A DNA stretch of 64,000 nucleotides, from NCBI GenBank assembly GCA_964016885.1, contig OZ024740.1, positions 5,766,001 through 5,830,000 on the forward strand, in the 5' to 3' direction. The stretch is from Eledone cirrhosa. Taxonomy: Eukaryota. Under the pieces are notes generated by a model. The model had not been told where the DNA came from. It made no database searches and was given only the letters and a program-made list of their open reading frames with translations. Within the stretch, counting starts at the first letter, position 1. Each line of letters starts with the position of its first letter. Both the position numbers and the translations under genes were made by a program. Positions 63,746-64,000 of this stretch are shown in pieces.

Positions 63746-64000
63746 CTTTGAATAACTTTGAAATGTTTTGGCCAGTATTGGCCCAGGCCATGTCTAACTT
63801 AATAGCACCACCTGGCGAAGTCTTTCAATTCAGGATTTGGGCACCATGGCCCATTCGAGAAGAGAATTAGTTTGCGGAGACATATCCGGGTGTGGGTGGT
63901 TTGTCCGGGTTTACTTGGAGGAATTTGTCCAAAGTCTTCTTGAATTTTGTGTGGTCAGTTTCTGTTTTGACGTGTCCTGGTGTGATGTTGAAGAGAGCAG
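63743..64000 (-). mobile_element. CR1/L2-type LINE 3' end
   Basis: Homologous (reverse complement) to about 10990-11229, ending in CAAAGTTA repeats at (TA)n. Confidence 0.82.

Overview
This is an AT-rich, repeat-saturated animal genomic window with no host gene I can support. The SINE and LINE types suggest an octopod cephalopod, but that is an inference. It is built almost entirely of retroelements nested in microsatellites: (1) about a dozen decayed RTE-clade LINE copies with (GAT)n tails and a C4HC3 PHD-like finger inserted inside the reverse transcriptase; (2) CR1/L2-type LINE fragments; (3) four same-orientation Tx1/L1-type LINE segments at 14.1-26.5 kb, bounded by (TATC)n tracts; (4) three Penelope-like elements (RT + C-terminal GIY-YIG); (5) tRNA-derived SINEs; (6) a 66-bp Harbinger-type MITE; (7) a ~7.2-kb 24-bp satellite and two 47-bp minisatellites that arose in place from RTE coding sequence. 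The main non-obvious signal is about 16 type I hammerhead ribozyme motifs in about 9 sequence families, all folded by eye. Several have variant cores (U3-A8, A4, or a non-Watson-Crick 10.1/11.1 pair). Three sit at the 3' ends of the Penelope-like elements. Most of the rest lie in short non-coding units inserted in (TA)n, often with inverted 5' copies, including a circularly permuted ~570-bp retrozyme-like unit at 47.1-48.2 kb. Nothing was checked computationally and boundaries are approximate.
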